Source of the DNA: Octopus sinensis
Lineage: Eukaryota
Reading direction: 5' to 3'
NCBI RefSeq assembly: GCF_006345805.1
Contig: NC_043025.1
Location: 11,532,001-11,596,000 of the forward strand
DNA length: 64,000 nucleotides
Shown here: in pieces, positions 1 through 12,088 of the stretch
Layout of the letters: the number at the start of each line of letters is the position of its first letter
Numbering within the stretch: the stretch's first letter is position 1
Notes under the pieces: generated by a model
The model's database searches: none
Seen by the model: the letters and a program-made list of their open reading frames with translations, nothing else
Told to the model about the DNA's origin: nothing
Made by a program: the position numbers and the translations under genes

Positions 1-245
1 ATACTGGTAGAATGTGTTACATAAAACATTTTTTTCTCTTGGCTTTATTGAGAAAATTCTATAGTTTGTAAGATATTTGTTGGTTTTTTTCTTCAATTTC
101 TGCAATTTCAACCAATCAAATTACAACTTTCTCAATAAAGCCAAGAGAAAAAAATGTTTTATTTTGACACATTCTACCAGAATACTAAGTTTTAAAGTGT
201 TTAGTTAACTAGAAATTGTGTGCCGTTCAAAAGGAAAAGATCCGA
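1..245. mobile_element. Merlin-like MITE fragment, foldback form, cut by the window edge
   Basis: Bases ~1-52 are inverted at ~128-185; ends with TIR-like gccgttcaaaaggaaaagatcc, as in the family at 5804 and 42843. Confidence 0.65.
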
Positions 246-461
246 TTGCCTTTATGTCTGTGCTTGTCCCCAACCAATGATTGACAACAGGTGTTGGTTT
301 GTTTACGTCACCATAACGTAGTGGATCAGCCAAAGAAAATGAGAATAAATACCAGGCTTAAAAAGAAAGTCAGTTCTACGGACGATTAGTCCGACTAAAA
401 TTCCTCAACACGGTGCCCCAGCATGGCCACAGTCTAATGACTGAAACAAAAGAATATATAA

Positions 462-826
462 GGCGCAGGAGTGGCTGTGTGGTAAGTAGCTTGCTTCCCA
501 ACCACATGGTTCCGGGTTCAGTCCCACTGCGAGGCCCCTTGGACTAGTGTTTTCTACTATAGCCCCCAGGCCGACCAAAGCGAGTGGATTTGGTAGACGG
601 AAACTGAAGGAAGCCTGTCGTGTATATACATATATATATGTGTGTGTCTGTCCCCCCCACTATCGCTTGAAAACAAATGCTGGTGCATTTCGTCCCCCGT
701 AGCTGAGCGGTTCGTCAAAAGAGACCGAAAGAATAAGTACTAGGCTTACAAAGAATAAGTCCAGGGGTTGACTAAAGGAAGTGCTCCAGCATGGCCTCAG
801 TCAAATGACTGAAACAAATAAAAGAG
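462..826 (+). mobile_element. SINE family A (tRNA-derived head, central TA/TG microsatellite), preceded by a 3' half copy at ~250-455
   Basis: Head ggcgcaggagtggctgtgtggtaag with B-box-like ggttcagtccc; tail agtcaaatgactgaaac; more than 20 homologous copies in the window. Confidence 0.9.
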
Positions 827-1007
827 TAACATATATATATATATATATGTGTGTGTGTGTTTGTGTGTGTGTATATATATTATATGTAGAAAAATACAAA
901 CTGGGACATGAACGCAAAACACTTAGAAGACGACACAAAAAACACGGACGGGACATTCGAAGCCCTCAATCTTCAGTCAAGAACCGGATCATCCTAGCAA
1001 TTTCGGC

Positions 1008-1044
<37 letters not shown>

Positions 1045-1221
1045 TATCATTTTGGGATTTGGTATAAATAATCGACAGAGTCAAGACTATTGAAGAGGTT
1101 GCAAGACGGAACAAAAATTTTAGGGAAATAAAAATAAGAAATAAGTGGAAATTTTACCGGTGTGTGTGTTAAATTATAAGGCACAAAATGAAAATGACTC
1201 TCCCCAGACACAACAGTATCA

Positions 1222-1609
1222 CACATACATGATGGTTGCCCCCTCGTTATCGAGTATGGCCATTGCACGAAGCTTAACTGTTACTGGTGCTGTGATCGAA
1301 TGTGACATTTTAGCCCAGCCAAAGATCTACAATGTCTTGTACAGAATTGGCAACTAAAACCTTCACCGGTAAAAAGCCGGCTGTAGTTGTAACTGGGCTT
1401 CATGTACCTTTGCATGTCGTTTAAGTCCACCTGCCGAATTACACTCTCTTCCACATGCCCGACAGATATGATTAGTATGATTAGTATGGTGTGTTACACC
1501 ACCACCAGTGGCCAGGTTGTCACTCATCTGTCTCGTTTTATGACTACGAAGATGACTCATGAGTCCAGCTTTACTGAGGCAGGGTCTTGCACAGACACTG
1601 CATATCAGC
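1222..1609 (-). mobile_element. 3' end of an RTE-like LINE ORF2 with three C2H2 zinc fingers (one frameshift)
   Basis: [42 protein letters not shown], then after a frameshift near 1375 CQFCTRHCRSLAGLKCHIRSQH and TAA at 1281-1283; short tail atggccatactcg...gggggcaaccatcat; 5' truncated at a microsatellite. Confidence 0.7.
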
Positions 1610-2063
1610 ATATACATATATACATACATATATACATACATACATACATATATACATATATATATATATAGTGTAATAAATAAAATATATGCATACATAC
1701 AAACATATATGTACGTACCTACATCTACATGTATATATACATGCATATATAACTATACATACATACATATATACATACATATATATATACATACATACAT
1801 ATATACATACATATATACATACATATATATATACATACATACATTTATACATACATATATACATACAAACATACATATATACATACATATATACATACAA
1901 ACATACATACATACATACATACACACATATATACATACATACATACACACATATATACATACATACATACATACATTATACATACATATGTACATACATA
2001 TGTACATACATACATATATACATACATACATACATACATATATACATACACATACATACCTAC

Positions 2064-2107
<44 letters not shown>

Positions 2108-2206
2108 TTTAACATAAAATAGGGTAATAATAACAAATTAGTCGTTAGACTATATATTATTCATATAGAATTAGACTATATATTTTTCCTCTTATATATC
2201 TATCTA

Positions 2207-2244
<38 letters not shown>

Positions 2245-2260
2245 CATATACACATGGCTG
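1610..2260. repeat. (TACA)n/(TA)n compound microsatellite
   Basis: Seen directly. Confidence 0.95.
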
Positions 2261-2489
2261 GCCAGAAGTCAGCTGACAGTCAATCAAAACCGTTTAATTC
2301 CAAGATTTATTTAGGTTTAACAACCAAAGGAATTCATAAAAAAGCATCCAAATATGAAACATGATGAAAATCGTCCCAAACTGAAGTCCTTCTTCGGGGA
2401 CACATTTTTTCTATTCAGGTTAACACAGAATTACAGAGAGTATTCAAGGAATTTTGATTAACTGTGTATTTTGAGAAACTTTTTGCTAA

Positions 2490-2492
2490 TTC

Positions 2493-2557
<65 letters not shown>

Positions 2558-2923
2558 GTGTGTGTGTCTGTGTGTGTGTGTATGTATGTGTGTGTGTGTG
2601 TCAGTGTGTGTGTGTGTCAGTGTGTGTGTGTGTCAGTGTGTGTGTATGTCTGTGTATGTGTGTGTCTGTCTTTGTGTGTGTGTATGTCTGTGTGTGTGTG
2701 TCTGTGTGTGTGTGTCTGTGTGTGTGTGTCTGTGTGTGTGTGTCTGTGTGTGTGTGTCTGTGTGTGTGTGTATATATATATCCAAATGCATAGAGGCGCG
2801 AGTGTGTGTGTGTGTGTAGGTAAAAAAAGACCACGTGGAATTCAAGCAGCATTGTTAAGGATAAACAGATGGAAGAATGTAGGTGTGTATATGTCCTATA
2901 TATATACGTGTGTGTGTGCGTAT

Positions 2924-2973
<50 letters not shown>

Positions 2974-2990
2974 CGAGAGAGTGAGACAGG
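2490..2990. repeat. (TCTG)n/(TC)n/(TG)n/(CA)n compound microsatellite
   Basis: Seen directly. Confidence 0.95.
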
Positions 2991-3089
2991 GGGGAGACAG
3001 AAGTGAGAACGGGTGACAGGGTGTGCCGTGTCTTTTGAAGAATTATGTATAACGTGTTAGGAAATGTGGAGGGTGGAGATGGAAGGTGA

Positions 3090-3635
3090 TGGGGTGGTGG
3101 TGGTTGTGGTGGAAACAAGGCGTTAGTGTAGTAGTAGTAGTAGTAGTGGGGCTGGTAGTCGAGGTAGTAGTAGTGGTGGTGGTAGTAGTAGTGGTAGTGG
3201 TAGTAGTAGTGGTAGTGGAGGTAGTAGTAGTGGTGGTAGAACTAGTGGTAGAGGTAGTAGTAGTGGTGGTAGTATTAGTAGTGGTGGTGGTAGTAGTGGT
3301 GGTGGCAGTAGTAGTATTAGTAGTGGTGCTGGTAGTAGTGGTGGTGGTAGATATAGTGGTAGTAGTAGTGGTGGTGGTAGATATAGTGGTAGTAGCAGTG
3401 GTGCTGGTAGTAGTGGTAGTAGTGGTGGTGGTAGTAGTAGTATTAGTAGTGGTGCTGGTAGTAGTGGTAGTAGTGGTGGTGGTAGTAGTAGTATTAGTAG
3501 TTGTTCTGGTAGTAGTGGTAGAGGTAGTAGTAGTGGTGGTGGTAGAAGTAGTGGTAGTAGTAGTATTAGTATTGGTACTGGTAGTAGTAGTATTAGTAGT
3601 GGTGCTGGTAGTAGCAGTAGTAGTAGTGGTAGTAG
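3090..3635. repeat. (GGT/AGT)n trinucleotide tract
   Basis: Seen directly; source of the poly-Thr and poly-Val ORFs. Confidence 0.95.
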
Positions 3636-3966
3636 TAAGCTTCACAAACTACTAGACAGAGCAGCCGAAACCCCTTCAAAACCTTTACTGTTTGCAAAAA
3701 AAACACAAAAATGATGCAACCTTCCTTGTTGTTGTATTACTAAAAGTGCAGAAGGCTTCTGAGAAGTCACGGCTGGAAACACCTTCCCGTCTTTGTTTAG
3801 ACATGAGACGGACTTAAAAGAGGCTAAAACAAGCTCCGCCCACCGCAATCGTCCCCGTCCCCCGGTCCCCCCCCAGTAACCCCCGCCCCTCTTCCCCCCT
3901 TCACACAACCCTGCCACACACATTACGCTTGAAATAACACTATGACGTCATAATGGAACTTTTCAA

Positions 3967-3969
<3 letters not shown>

Positions 3970-4000
<31 letters not shown>

Positions 4001-4620
4001 GTCTTTCTATCACTTAGTCTCTCTCTCTCTCTCTCATGTCTATCTATCACTTAGTTTCTTTCTCTCTCTCTCATGTCTATCTATCTATCTATCACTTAGT
4101 CTCTCTCTGTCACTCTCTCTCTCTCTCATGTCTATCTATCACTTAGTCTCTCTCTCTCTCTCTCTCATGTCTATCTATCACTTAGTTCTCTCTCTCTCTC
4201 TCTCTCTCACTCATGTCTATCTATCACTTAGTCTCTCTCTGTCACTCTCTCTCTCTCTCATGTCTATCTATCATTTAGTCTCTCTTTCTCTCTCTTGTCT
4301 ATCTATCTATCTATCACTTAGTCTCTCTCACTCTCTCTCATGTCTATCTATCACTTAGTCTCTCTCTTTCTCTCTCATGTCTATCTATCACTTAGTCTCT
4401 CTTTCTCTCTCTTGTCTATCTATCTATCTATCTATCTATCACTTAGTCTCTCTCACTCTCTCTCATGTCTATCTATCACTTAGTCTCTCTCTCTCTCTCA
4501 TTTCTATCTATCACTTAGTCTCTCTTTCTCTCTCTTGTCTATCTATCTATCTATCTATCTATCTATCACTTAGTCTCTCTCTCTTGTCTCTATCTATCAC
4601 TTAGACACACTCTCTCTCTC
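3970..4620. repeat. CT/CTAT minisatellite with recurring tatcacttagtctctc core
   Basis: Many cores separated by variable (CT)n and (CTAT)n. Confidence 0.9.
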
Positions 4621-4783
4621 TCTCACTCTTTCCTCTTTTTACATCTATTTCTTAGACGCTTATTCTCCACTCTCTCTATTTCTTAGCCTATCACACTCTT
4701 TCCATACACGACCATTTTCTAGTTCTCTCTCTCTCTCTCTCCATCACATACATCCACGTGCTCCTTTCTCTTTCTTATTCCCC

Positions 4784-4823
<40 letters not shown>

Positions 4824-4974
4824 GCTTTTCCCTTTCATACAAAACCGTCCCTCATTCCCCCGCAAAACCATTTCTCATTCTCCACAGAAACACTATCATC
4901 TGTTAACCACTTTCTATCCCACTTCGTTTCTCTTTTATACACACACCCGCTTTCATTTCCCTAAGGGAAAGAAA

Positions 4975-5610
4975 GAGACAGAGACAAAAACGGTGGGAAG
5001 AAAGGCGAGAGAGAGAAAAACAGACAAGCGGAAAGGGAGAGAGACAGAGATGAAGGGAGATAGAGTCATAGAGAGAGGGGGAAGAAAGAGTTAGAGAGAA
5101 TGGGAGAAGAAAGAGAGAGAGTCATAGAGAGTGGGGGAGGAGAGAGAAAGAGATAAAGGGAGAAGAGTCATAGAGAGAATGGGAGAAGAAAGAGAGAGAG
5201 TCATAGAGAGTGGGGCAGGAGGGAGAAAGAGTAATAGAGAGAGGAAGAAAAAAAGAGAGAGAGATGACGGGAGAAAGAGTTAGAGAGAATGGGAGACGAA
5301 AGAGAGAGAGTCATAGAGAGTGGGGCAGGAGAGAGAAAGAGATGAAGGGAGAAGAGTCATAGAGAGAATGGGAGAAGAAAGAGAGAGTCATAGAGAGTGG
5401 GGCAGGAGGGAGAAAGAGTAATAGAGAGAGGAAGAAAAAAAGAGAGAGAGATGACGGGAGAAAGAGTTAGAGAGAATGGGAGAAGAAAGAGAGAGTCATA
5501 GAGAGTGGGGCAGGAGAGAGAAAGAGATGAAGGGAGAAAGAGTCATAGAGAGAGGGAGAAGAAAGAGAGAGAAGGCAGACAAAGAGAGAGAAGGCAGACA
5601 AAGAGAGAGA
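4975..5610. repeat. GA-rich minisatellite (agagtcatagagag / ttagagagaatgggaga)
   Basis: Seen directly. Confidence 0.85.
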
Positions 5611-5803
5611 AACAATGGCTAATTGTTGCCTTCGATCTGCTTGCCAAGTTTCCCATATGTATGTCGACAGACGACAGACGTAGACAGAAAGTGTAAAGAA
5701 ATAGTAAATCTCTGACGATAAGCTTCCGCGTTTAATCAACTAAAATACTTGCTAACTTCATTGATTACTTGTGATACATTTTTCCTTTCTTAGAATAAAC
5801 ACA

Positions 5804-7866
5804 GGATCTTTTCGGTTTGAACGGCAGTTTTTTCTAGCGGTGTCATATGAAATTGTCACCCATAATTATAACCCTAGTATCGATCTATTGCATTTCAATC
5901 TATATTAGGGTTAGGGTTAGGAGTGGGGGGAAGGGTATCTTTTTTTTCTTCACAAATGTAAATAAACCCAATTTGTTTCTCATACGGCACAGAATGCTTT
6001 TTTTTTTTCACCTCAATAGACCTCATTGATTGGTTGAAATTGCAGAAATTGAAGAAAAAACCCACAAATATCTTACAAACTATGGAAGTTTCTCAATAAA
6101 GCCAAGAGAAAAAGATGTTTTATGTAACACATTCTACCAGTATACGAAGTTTAAAAGTGTTTAGTTACCTAGAAATTATGTTAAAAACTGCCGTTCAAAC
6201 AGAAAAGATCCCTGTTTCTTAAACGAGGGACATATTCATACGGCACAGAATGGTTTTTTTTACCTCAATAGACGTCATTGATTGGTTGAAATTGCAGAAA
6301 TTGAAGAAAAAACCCACAAATATCTTACAAACTATGGAAGTTTCTCAATAAAGCCAAGAGAAAAAGATGTTTTATGTAACACATTCTACCAGTATACGAA
6401 GTTTAAAAGTGTTTAGTTACCTAGAAATTATGTTAAAAACTGCCGTTCAAACGGAAAAGATCCCTTTTTCCTTAACGAGGGACATATTCATACGGCACAG
6501 AATGGTTTTTTTACCTCAATAGACGTCATTGATTGGTTGAAATTGAACAAATTGAAGAAAAAACCCACAAATATTTTACAACTATGGAAGTTTCTCAATA
6601 AAGCCAAGAGAAAAAGATGTTTTATGTAACACATTCTACAAGTATACGAAGTTTAAAAGTGTTTAGTTACCTAGAATTATGTCAAAAAACTGCCGTTCAA
6701 ACGGAAAAGATCCCTGTTTCTTAAACGAGGACATATTCATACGGCACAGAATGGTTTTTTTACCTCAATAGACGTCATTGATTGGTTTAAATTGAACAAA
6801 TTGAAGAAAAAAACCCACAATATCTTACAAACTATGGAAGTTTCTCAATAAAGCCAGAGAAAAGATGTTTTAATGTAACATTCTACCAGTATACGAAGTT
6901 TAAATGTTTAGGTTCCTAGAAATTATGTTAAAAAAACTGCCGTTCCAAACGGAAAAGATCCCTGTTTCTTAAACGAGGGACATATTCATACGGCACAGAA
7001 TGGTTTTTTTTCCCTCATAGACGTCATTGATTGGTTGAAATTGAACAAATTGAAGAAAAAACCCACAATATCTTACAAACTATGAAGTGTCTCAATAAAG
7101 CCAAGAGAAAAAGATGTTTTATAAACACATTCTACCAGTATACGAAGTTTAAAAGTGTTTAGTTACCTAGAAATTATGTTAAAAACTGCCGTTCCAACAC
7201 AGAAGATCCCTGTTTCTTAAACGAGGGACATATTCATACGGCACAGAATGGTTTTTTTTTTACCTCAATGGACGTCATTGATTGGTTGAAATTGCAGAAA
7301 TGAAGAAAAAACCCCAAATATCTTACAAACTATGGAAGTTTCTCAATAAAGCCAAGAGAAAAAGATGTTTTATAAACACAATTCTACCAGTAAACGAAGT
7401 CTAAAAGTGTTTAGTTACCTAGAATTATGTTAAAAACTGCCGTTCAAACAGAAAAGATCCCTGTTTCTTAAACGAGGGACATATTCATACGGCACAGAAT
7501 GGTTTTTTTACCTCAATGGACGTCATTGATTGTTGTTGAAATTGCCAGAAAATGAAGAAAAAAAAAAAACAAAACCCACAAAACTAACAAACTATGGAAG
7601 TTTCTCAATAAAGCCAAGAGAAAAAGATGTGTTTATAAACACATTCTACCAGTATACGAAGTTTAAAAGTGTTTAGTTACCTAGAAATTATGTTAAAAAC
7701 TGCCGTTCAAACCGAAAAGATCCCTGTTTCTTAAACGAGGGACATATTCATACGGCACAGAATGGTTTTTTTTTACCTCAATAGACGTCATTGATTGGTT
7801 GAAATTGCAGAAATTGAAGAAAAAAACCCAACAAATATCTTACAAACTATAGAACCGAAAAGATCC
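5804..7866 (+). mobile_element. Merlin-like MITE followed by a tandem array of its right ~250 bp
   Basis: Left TIR GGATCTTTTCGGTTTGAACGGCAG at 5804; right TIR ...AAAAGATCC recurs at ~6211, 6463, 6713, 6961, 7209, 7460, 7723 and 7866. Confidence 0.85.
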
Positions 7867-7904
7867 GGAGAATATGTTTGCACATTTGAATATTTACTTT
7901 TATT

Positions 7905-8280
7905 TTACTTGTTGCAGTCATTTGACTGCGGCCATGCTGGAGCACCGCCTTTAGTCGAGCAAATCGACCCGGGACTTAGTCTTTGTAAGCTTACTACTTA
8001 TTCTATCGGTCCCTTTTGCCGAACCGCTAAGTTACGGGGACGTAAACACACCAGCGTCGGTTCTCAAGCAATGTTGGAGGAGAAACACACACACACACAT
8101 TATATATATATATATATATATACATACATACAAATATATGACGGGCTTCTTTCAGTTTCCGTCTACCAAATCCACTCACAAGGCTTTGGTCGGCCCAAGG
8201 CTTCAGTAGAAGGCAGTTGCCCAAGGTGTCACGCAGTGGGACTGAACCCGGAACCATGTGCTTGGTAAGCAAGCTACAAA
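7905..8280 (-). mobile_element. SINE family A copy
   Basis: Reverse complement of the 462-826 family. Confidence 0.9.
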
Positions 8281-8309
8281 ACTTGAAAAACAACTATACG
8301 TTTTGATAT

Positions 8310-9112
8310 TCAGGTGCATTTTCTGTATACAGTGCTCAGGTGCACCACAACTTGTCAGAAAGTGCATATAAAGTACATGCAGTAATGTACAAATGTCTGG
8401 GAAGTGAACAGTGTATGAGTCAGATACATGCTTGTGTGTGTATGGAGGGGAGGAGAAGATCAGGTGTAGTGTTGGCGAATCTCAGGAAGCATGGAAGTTT
8501 TGAAGGATGCAGTGCTCCGACAACTAACAACTGATGCCGCAGTTTGTTCCATGCTTCAGCAACTCTCAGCCTGAAAAAAATGTTTCCTGAAGTCATGGGA
8601 GCTGTGCGTTTCTGACTTTGTAAACATGTCCAGGGGTTAGACGGGTGGAGTTTGAAAAGGTGCTCAGAGTTATGTTTGTACGATGGTTGATAATTTTATG
8701 GGTGTCTGCCAAGTCAACTGCCAGACGTCGGAGTTTCAATGTGTCCATGCCCAGGGAAGTAAGGCGTTCAGAATATGGCAAATAAATGCCTGATGGAGGG
8801 TATTCTTTTGGTTGCACGTCGCTGAACAGCTTCCAGACGATTGATATCCTGGGCAAGATAGGGGTTCCAGACGATTGATGTCCTGGGCAAGATAGGGGTT
8901 CCAGACGATTGATGTCCTGGGCAAGATAGGGGTTCCAGACAATTGATATCCTGGGCAAGATAGGGGTTCCAGACGATTGATGTCCTGGGCAAGATAGGGG
9001 TTCCAGACGATTGATGTCCTGGGCAAGTTAGGGGTTCCAGACCGGTAATGCAAATTCCAGGTGAGGGTCTTACCATAGCTATATAAAGCCGCAGATAGAT
9101 AGCCGGAGAGCT
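8310..9112 (-). mobile_element. CR1/L2-like LINE 3' fragment with an internal 34-bp tandem expansion
   Basis: Same family as 13250-14997 (IYLRLY..VRP, WNPYLAQDINRLEAVQRRATKRIP); unit ttccagacgattgatatcctgggcaagatagggg about 6 times at 8831-9041. Confidence 0.88.
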
Positions 9113-9529
9113 ATCGAGATCATAATGTAATCTTTGTATTGACCCTTTTTCATGGCTGCTATTTCTAGCATGTCGAAAGACCATGCTGTGGTTGTCTCGT
9201 TGATAACAGATGATGCTCTGTTCCGATAGGGAAGGATGGAGGCGGATGCTGGGGAAGGCAGCTGGCAACTGTGTCGCGGTAATCAATCTTTTAGGCTTCG
9301 CCTCTGTAAAAGTTGCCTATTTCCGTAGAGGTTGTCATGACAACAGGGATGACAATGGTATCGACAATGCTGATGGTGGTGGTGGTGGTGATTACAATGA
9401 ATAATGAGAAGAATTAGTCACAGTACCAACAACAAAAAGGACCTGACTTCCGCATGAACGGATGGCTCCCTACATGGTCATCTGTGCTGCTAGAAATAAC
9501 AGAAAAATTTCTATCATATTACTACTCTC

Positions 9530-9732
9530 TCTTTTACTCGTTTCAGTCATTTGACTGCGGCCATGCTGGAGCACCGCCTTTTAATCGAGCAACTCGACCC
9601 CCAGTACTTATTCTTTTGTAAACCAGGTACTTATTCTATCGGTCTCTTTTGCCAAGCCGCTAAGTGACGGGGACATAAACACACCAGCATCGGTTGTCAA
9701 GCAATGCTAGGGGGACAAACACAGACACACAA

Positions 9733-9776
<44 letters not shown>

Positions 9777-10475
9777 ACATATATACGATAGACTTCTTTC
9801 AGTTTCCGTCTACCAAATCCACTCACAAGGCTTTGGTCGGCCCGAGGCTATAGTAGAAGACACCTGCCCAAGGTGCCACGCAGTGGGACTGAACCCGGAA
9901 CCGTGTGGTTGGTAAGCAAGCTACTTACCACACAGCCGATCCTGCATATATATATATAAATTGAACCAGCCAGGATCCCTGGTCTGGTGGTACGTAAAAA
10001 GCACTATCCGACTCGTGGCCGATGCCAGCACCGCCTCGACTGGCTTCCGTGCCGGTGGCACATAAAATACACCAATCTGACCGTGGCCGTTGCCAGCCCC
10101 GCCTGGCACCTGTGCAGGTGGCACGTAAAAAGCACCCACTACACTCACGGAGTGGTTGGCGTTAGGAAGGGCATCCAGCTGTAGAAACATTGCCAAATTA
10201 GACTGGAGCCTGGTGCAGCCTTCTGGCTTCCCAGATCCCCGGTCGAACCGTCCAACCCATGCTAGCATGGAGAACGGACGTTAAACGACGATGATATATA
10301 CATATATACGATGGGCTTCTTTCAGTTTCCATCTACCAAAGCCACTCACAAGGCTTTGGTTGGCCTGAGGCTATAGTAGAAGACACTTGCCCAAGGTGCC
10401 ACTTTTAGTGGGACTGAACCCGGAACCATGTGGTTGGTAAACAAGCTACGTACCACACAGCCACTCCTGCGCCTA
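9530..10475. mobile_element. Two SINE A copies (minus strand) flanking a (GAT)n-tailed retroposon fragment (plus strand, ~9965-10295)
   Basis: SINE A motifs; fragment ggtggcacgtaaaaagcacc...gttaggaagggcatccagctg...acgttaaacgacgatgat recurs at ~19945-20295 and ~57345-57715. Confidence 0.8.
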
Positions 10476-10480
10476 TATAC

Positions 10481-12088
10481 ATGTCTACTCCACCATATCA
10501 CCCAGGATCAAACAAGCAAGTAGAAAGGGTTCATGGATACATTTAAAAGAGCATTAACCCTTTCGTTACTGTATTTATTTTGAGATGCTCTGTGTTTCTT
10601 TCAATTAATTTTAAATACAACAAAGAATTTAGTAAAATAATTTGGTTATCATTCAGCTAGTGCTAGGAACATAAATTGTGACTAAGGTTTGGTGGAAGAT
10701 TTTAATTCAAAACTTATGGAAACAAGACATTTGTACTACAAAGCCAGAGCCAGCTTCAGCCAGGTTGGTATCAAAAGGGCTAAGTATTGATTCTCTATTA
10801 TATATATTTTAACCCTTTTGTTACCATATTTCTGTTGAGATGCTCTGTGTTTCTTTCAATTAATTTTAAATATAACAAAGAATTTAGTAAAATAACTTAG
10901 TTATCATTCAGCTAGTGTTAGGAACATAAATTGTGACTAAGGTTTGGTGGAAGATTTTAATTCAGAACTTATGAAAACAAGACATTTGTACTACAGAGCC
11001 AGAGCCGGTTTCAGCCGGGTTGGTATCAAAAGGGTTAAGAATTGTTTCTCTATTATATATCTTAACCCTTTTGTTACCATATTTCTTCTGTTGAGATGCT
11101 CTGTGTTTCTTTCAATTACATTAGATATAACAAAGAATTTGGTAAAATAACTTAGTTATCATTCAGCTAGTGTTAGGAACATAAATTGTGACTAAGGTTT
11201 GGGGGAAGATTATAATTCAGAACTTATGAAAACAAGACATTTGTACTCAGAGCCAGAGGTGGTTTCAACCACGTTGGTATCAAAAGGGGTAAGAATTGAT
11301 TCTCTATTATATATTTTAACCCTTCTGTTACCACATTTCTTTTGAGATGCTCTGTGTTTCTTTCAATTACTTTAAATACAACAAAGAATTTAGTAAAATA
11401 ACTTAGTTATCATTCAGCTAGTGTTAGGAACATAAATTGTGACTAAGGTTTGGTGGAAGATTTTAATTCAAAACTTATGGAAACAAGACATTTGTACTCA
11501 GAGCCAAAAGTGGTTTCAACCAGGTTGGTATCAAAAGGGTTAAGAATTGTTTCTCTATTATATATTTTAACCCTTTTGTTACCATATTTCTGTTAAGATG
11601 CTCTGTGTTTCTTTCAATTAATTTTAAATATACCAAAGAACTTAGTAAAATAACTTAGTTATCATTCAGCTAGTGTTAGGAACATAAATTGTGGCTAAGG
11701 TTTGGTGGAAGATTTTAATCCAAAATTTATGGAAACAAGACATTTGTGCTCAGAGCCAGAGGTGGTTTCAACCAGGTTGGTATCAAAAGTGTTAAAGAAC
11801 TGAAGAAACAAGTAGGTTGATGACACAGCACTGACACAATTCTTGATGGTTTGGGGGATAATCACCAAAACCCAAACAGTTGTTCAGGTAATTCACCTGT
11901 AGAACTAATGTTTGCTTGGAAAATAAAGTCATTTCTTGACAAGCTGTTACCAATAAAAAAAACAATTAGGGAAAAACTATAACAATATGCCAAAGTATTT
12001 TAATATTGGTGACAAGGTGTTTTTTCAAAGTATATACAAATGGAAGAGAAGGTTGGGAAGACGAAGTAGTAACAAACGAATAGGTAGT
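10481..12088 (+). mobile_element. Degenerate Ty3/gypsy integrase fragment split by a MITE array
   Basis: STPPYHPGSNKQVER..DTFKRAL before the TTAA at 10554; ALTQFLM, SPVELMFA and KYFNIGDKVFF after 11795; frameshifted. Confidence 0.8.
10558..11791 (+). mobile_element. Five tandem piggyBac-like MITEs with a constant ~23-bp spacer
   Basis: TTAA-CCCTT...AAGGG-TTAA termini; copies start at 10558, 10813, 11066, 11320 and 11571. Confidence 0.85.

Noticed and set aside
885-1010. Hammerhead on the minus strand (CTGAAGA...TTCGAAT)
   Set aside because: Helix II is poor, GAAA is absent and no helix I or III could be built
2419-2457. Possible plus-strand terminal exon VNTELQRVFKEF-stop after a good acceptor
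   Set aside because: Too short, no recognisable homology, and no partner exons found
1363-3655. Long ORFs rich in YI/CV/HT, poly-Thr or poly-Val (also 46813-47881, 49402-49835, 50098-50631, 56495-56860)
   Set aside because: Translations of di-, tri- and tetranucleotide microsatellites with no coding signature
6212-7800. Treating unit-to-unit indels as evidence of array age
   Set aside because: Most differences are homopolymer indels typical of uncorrected long-read error
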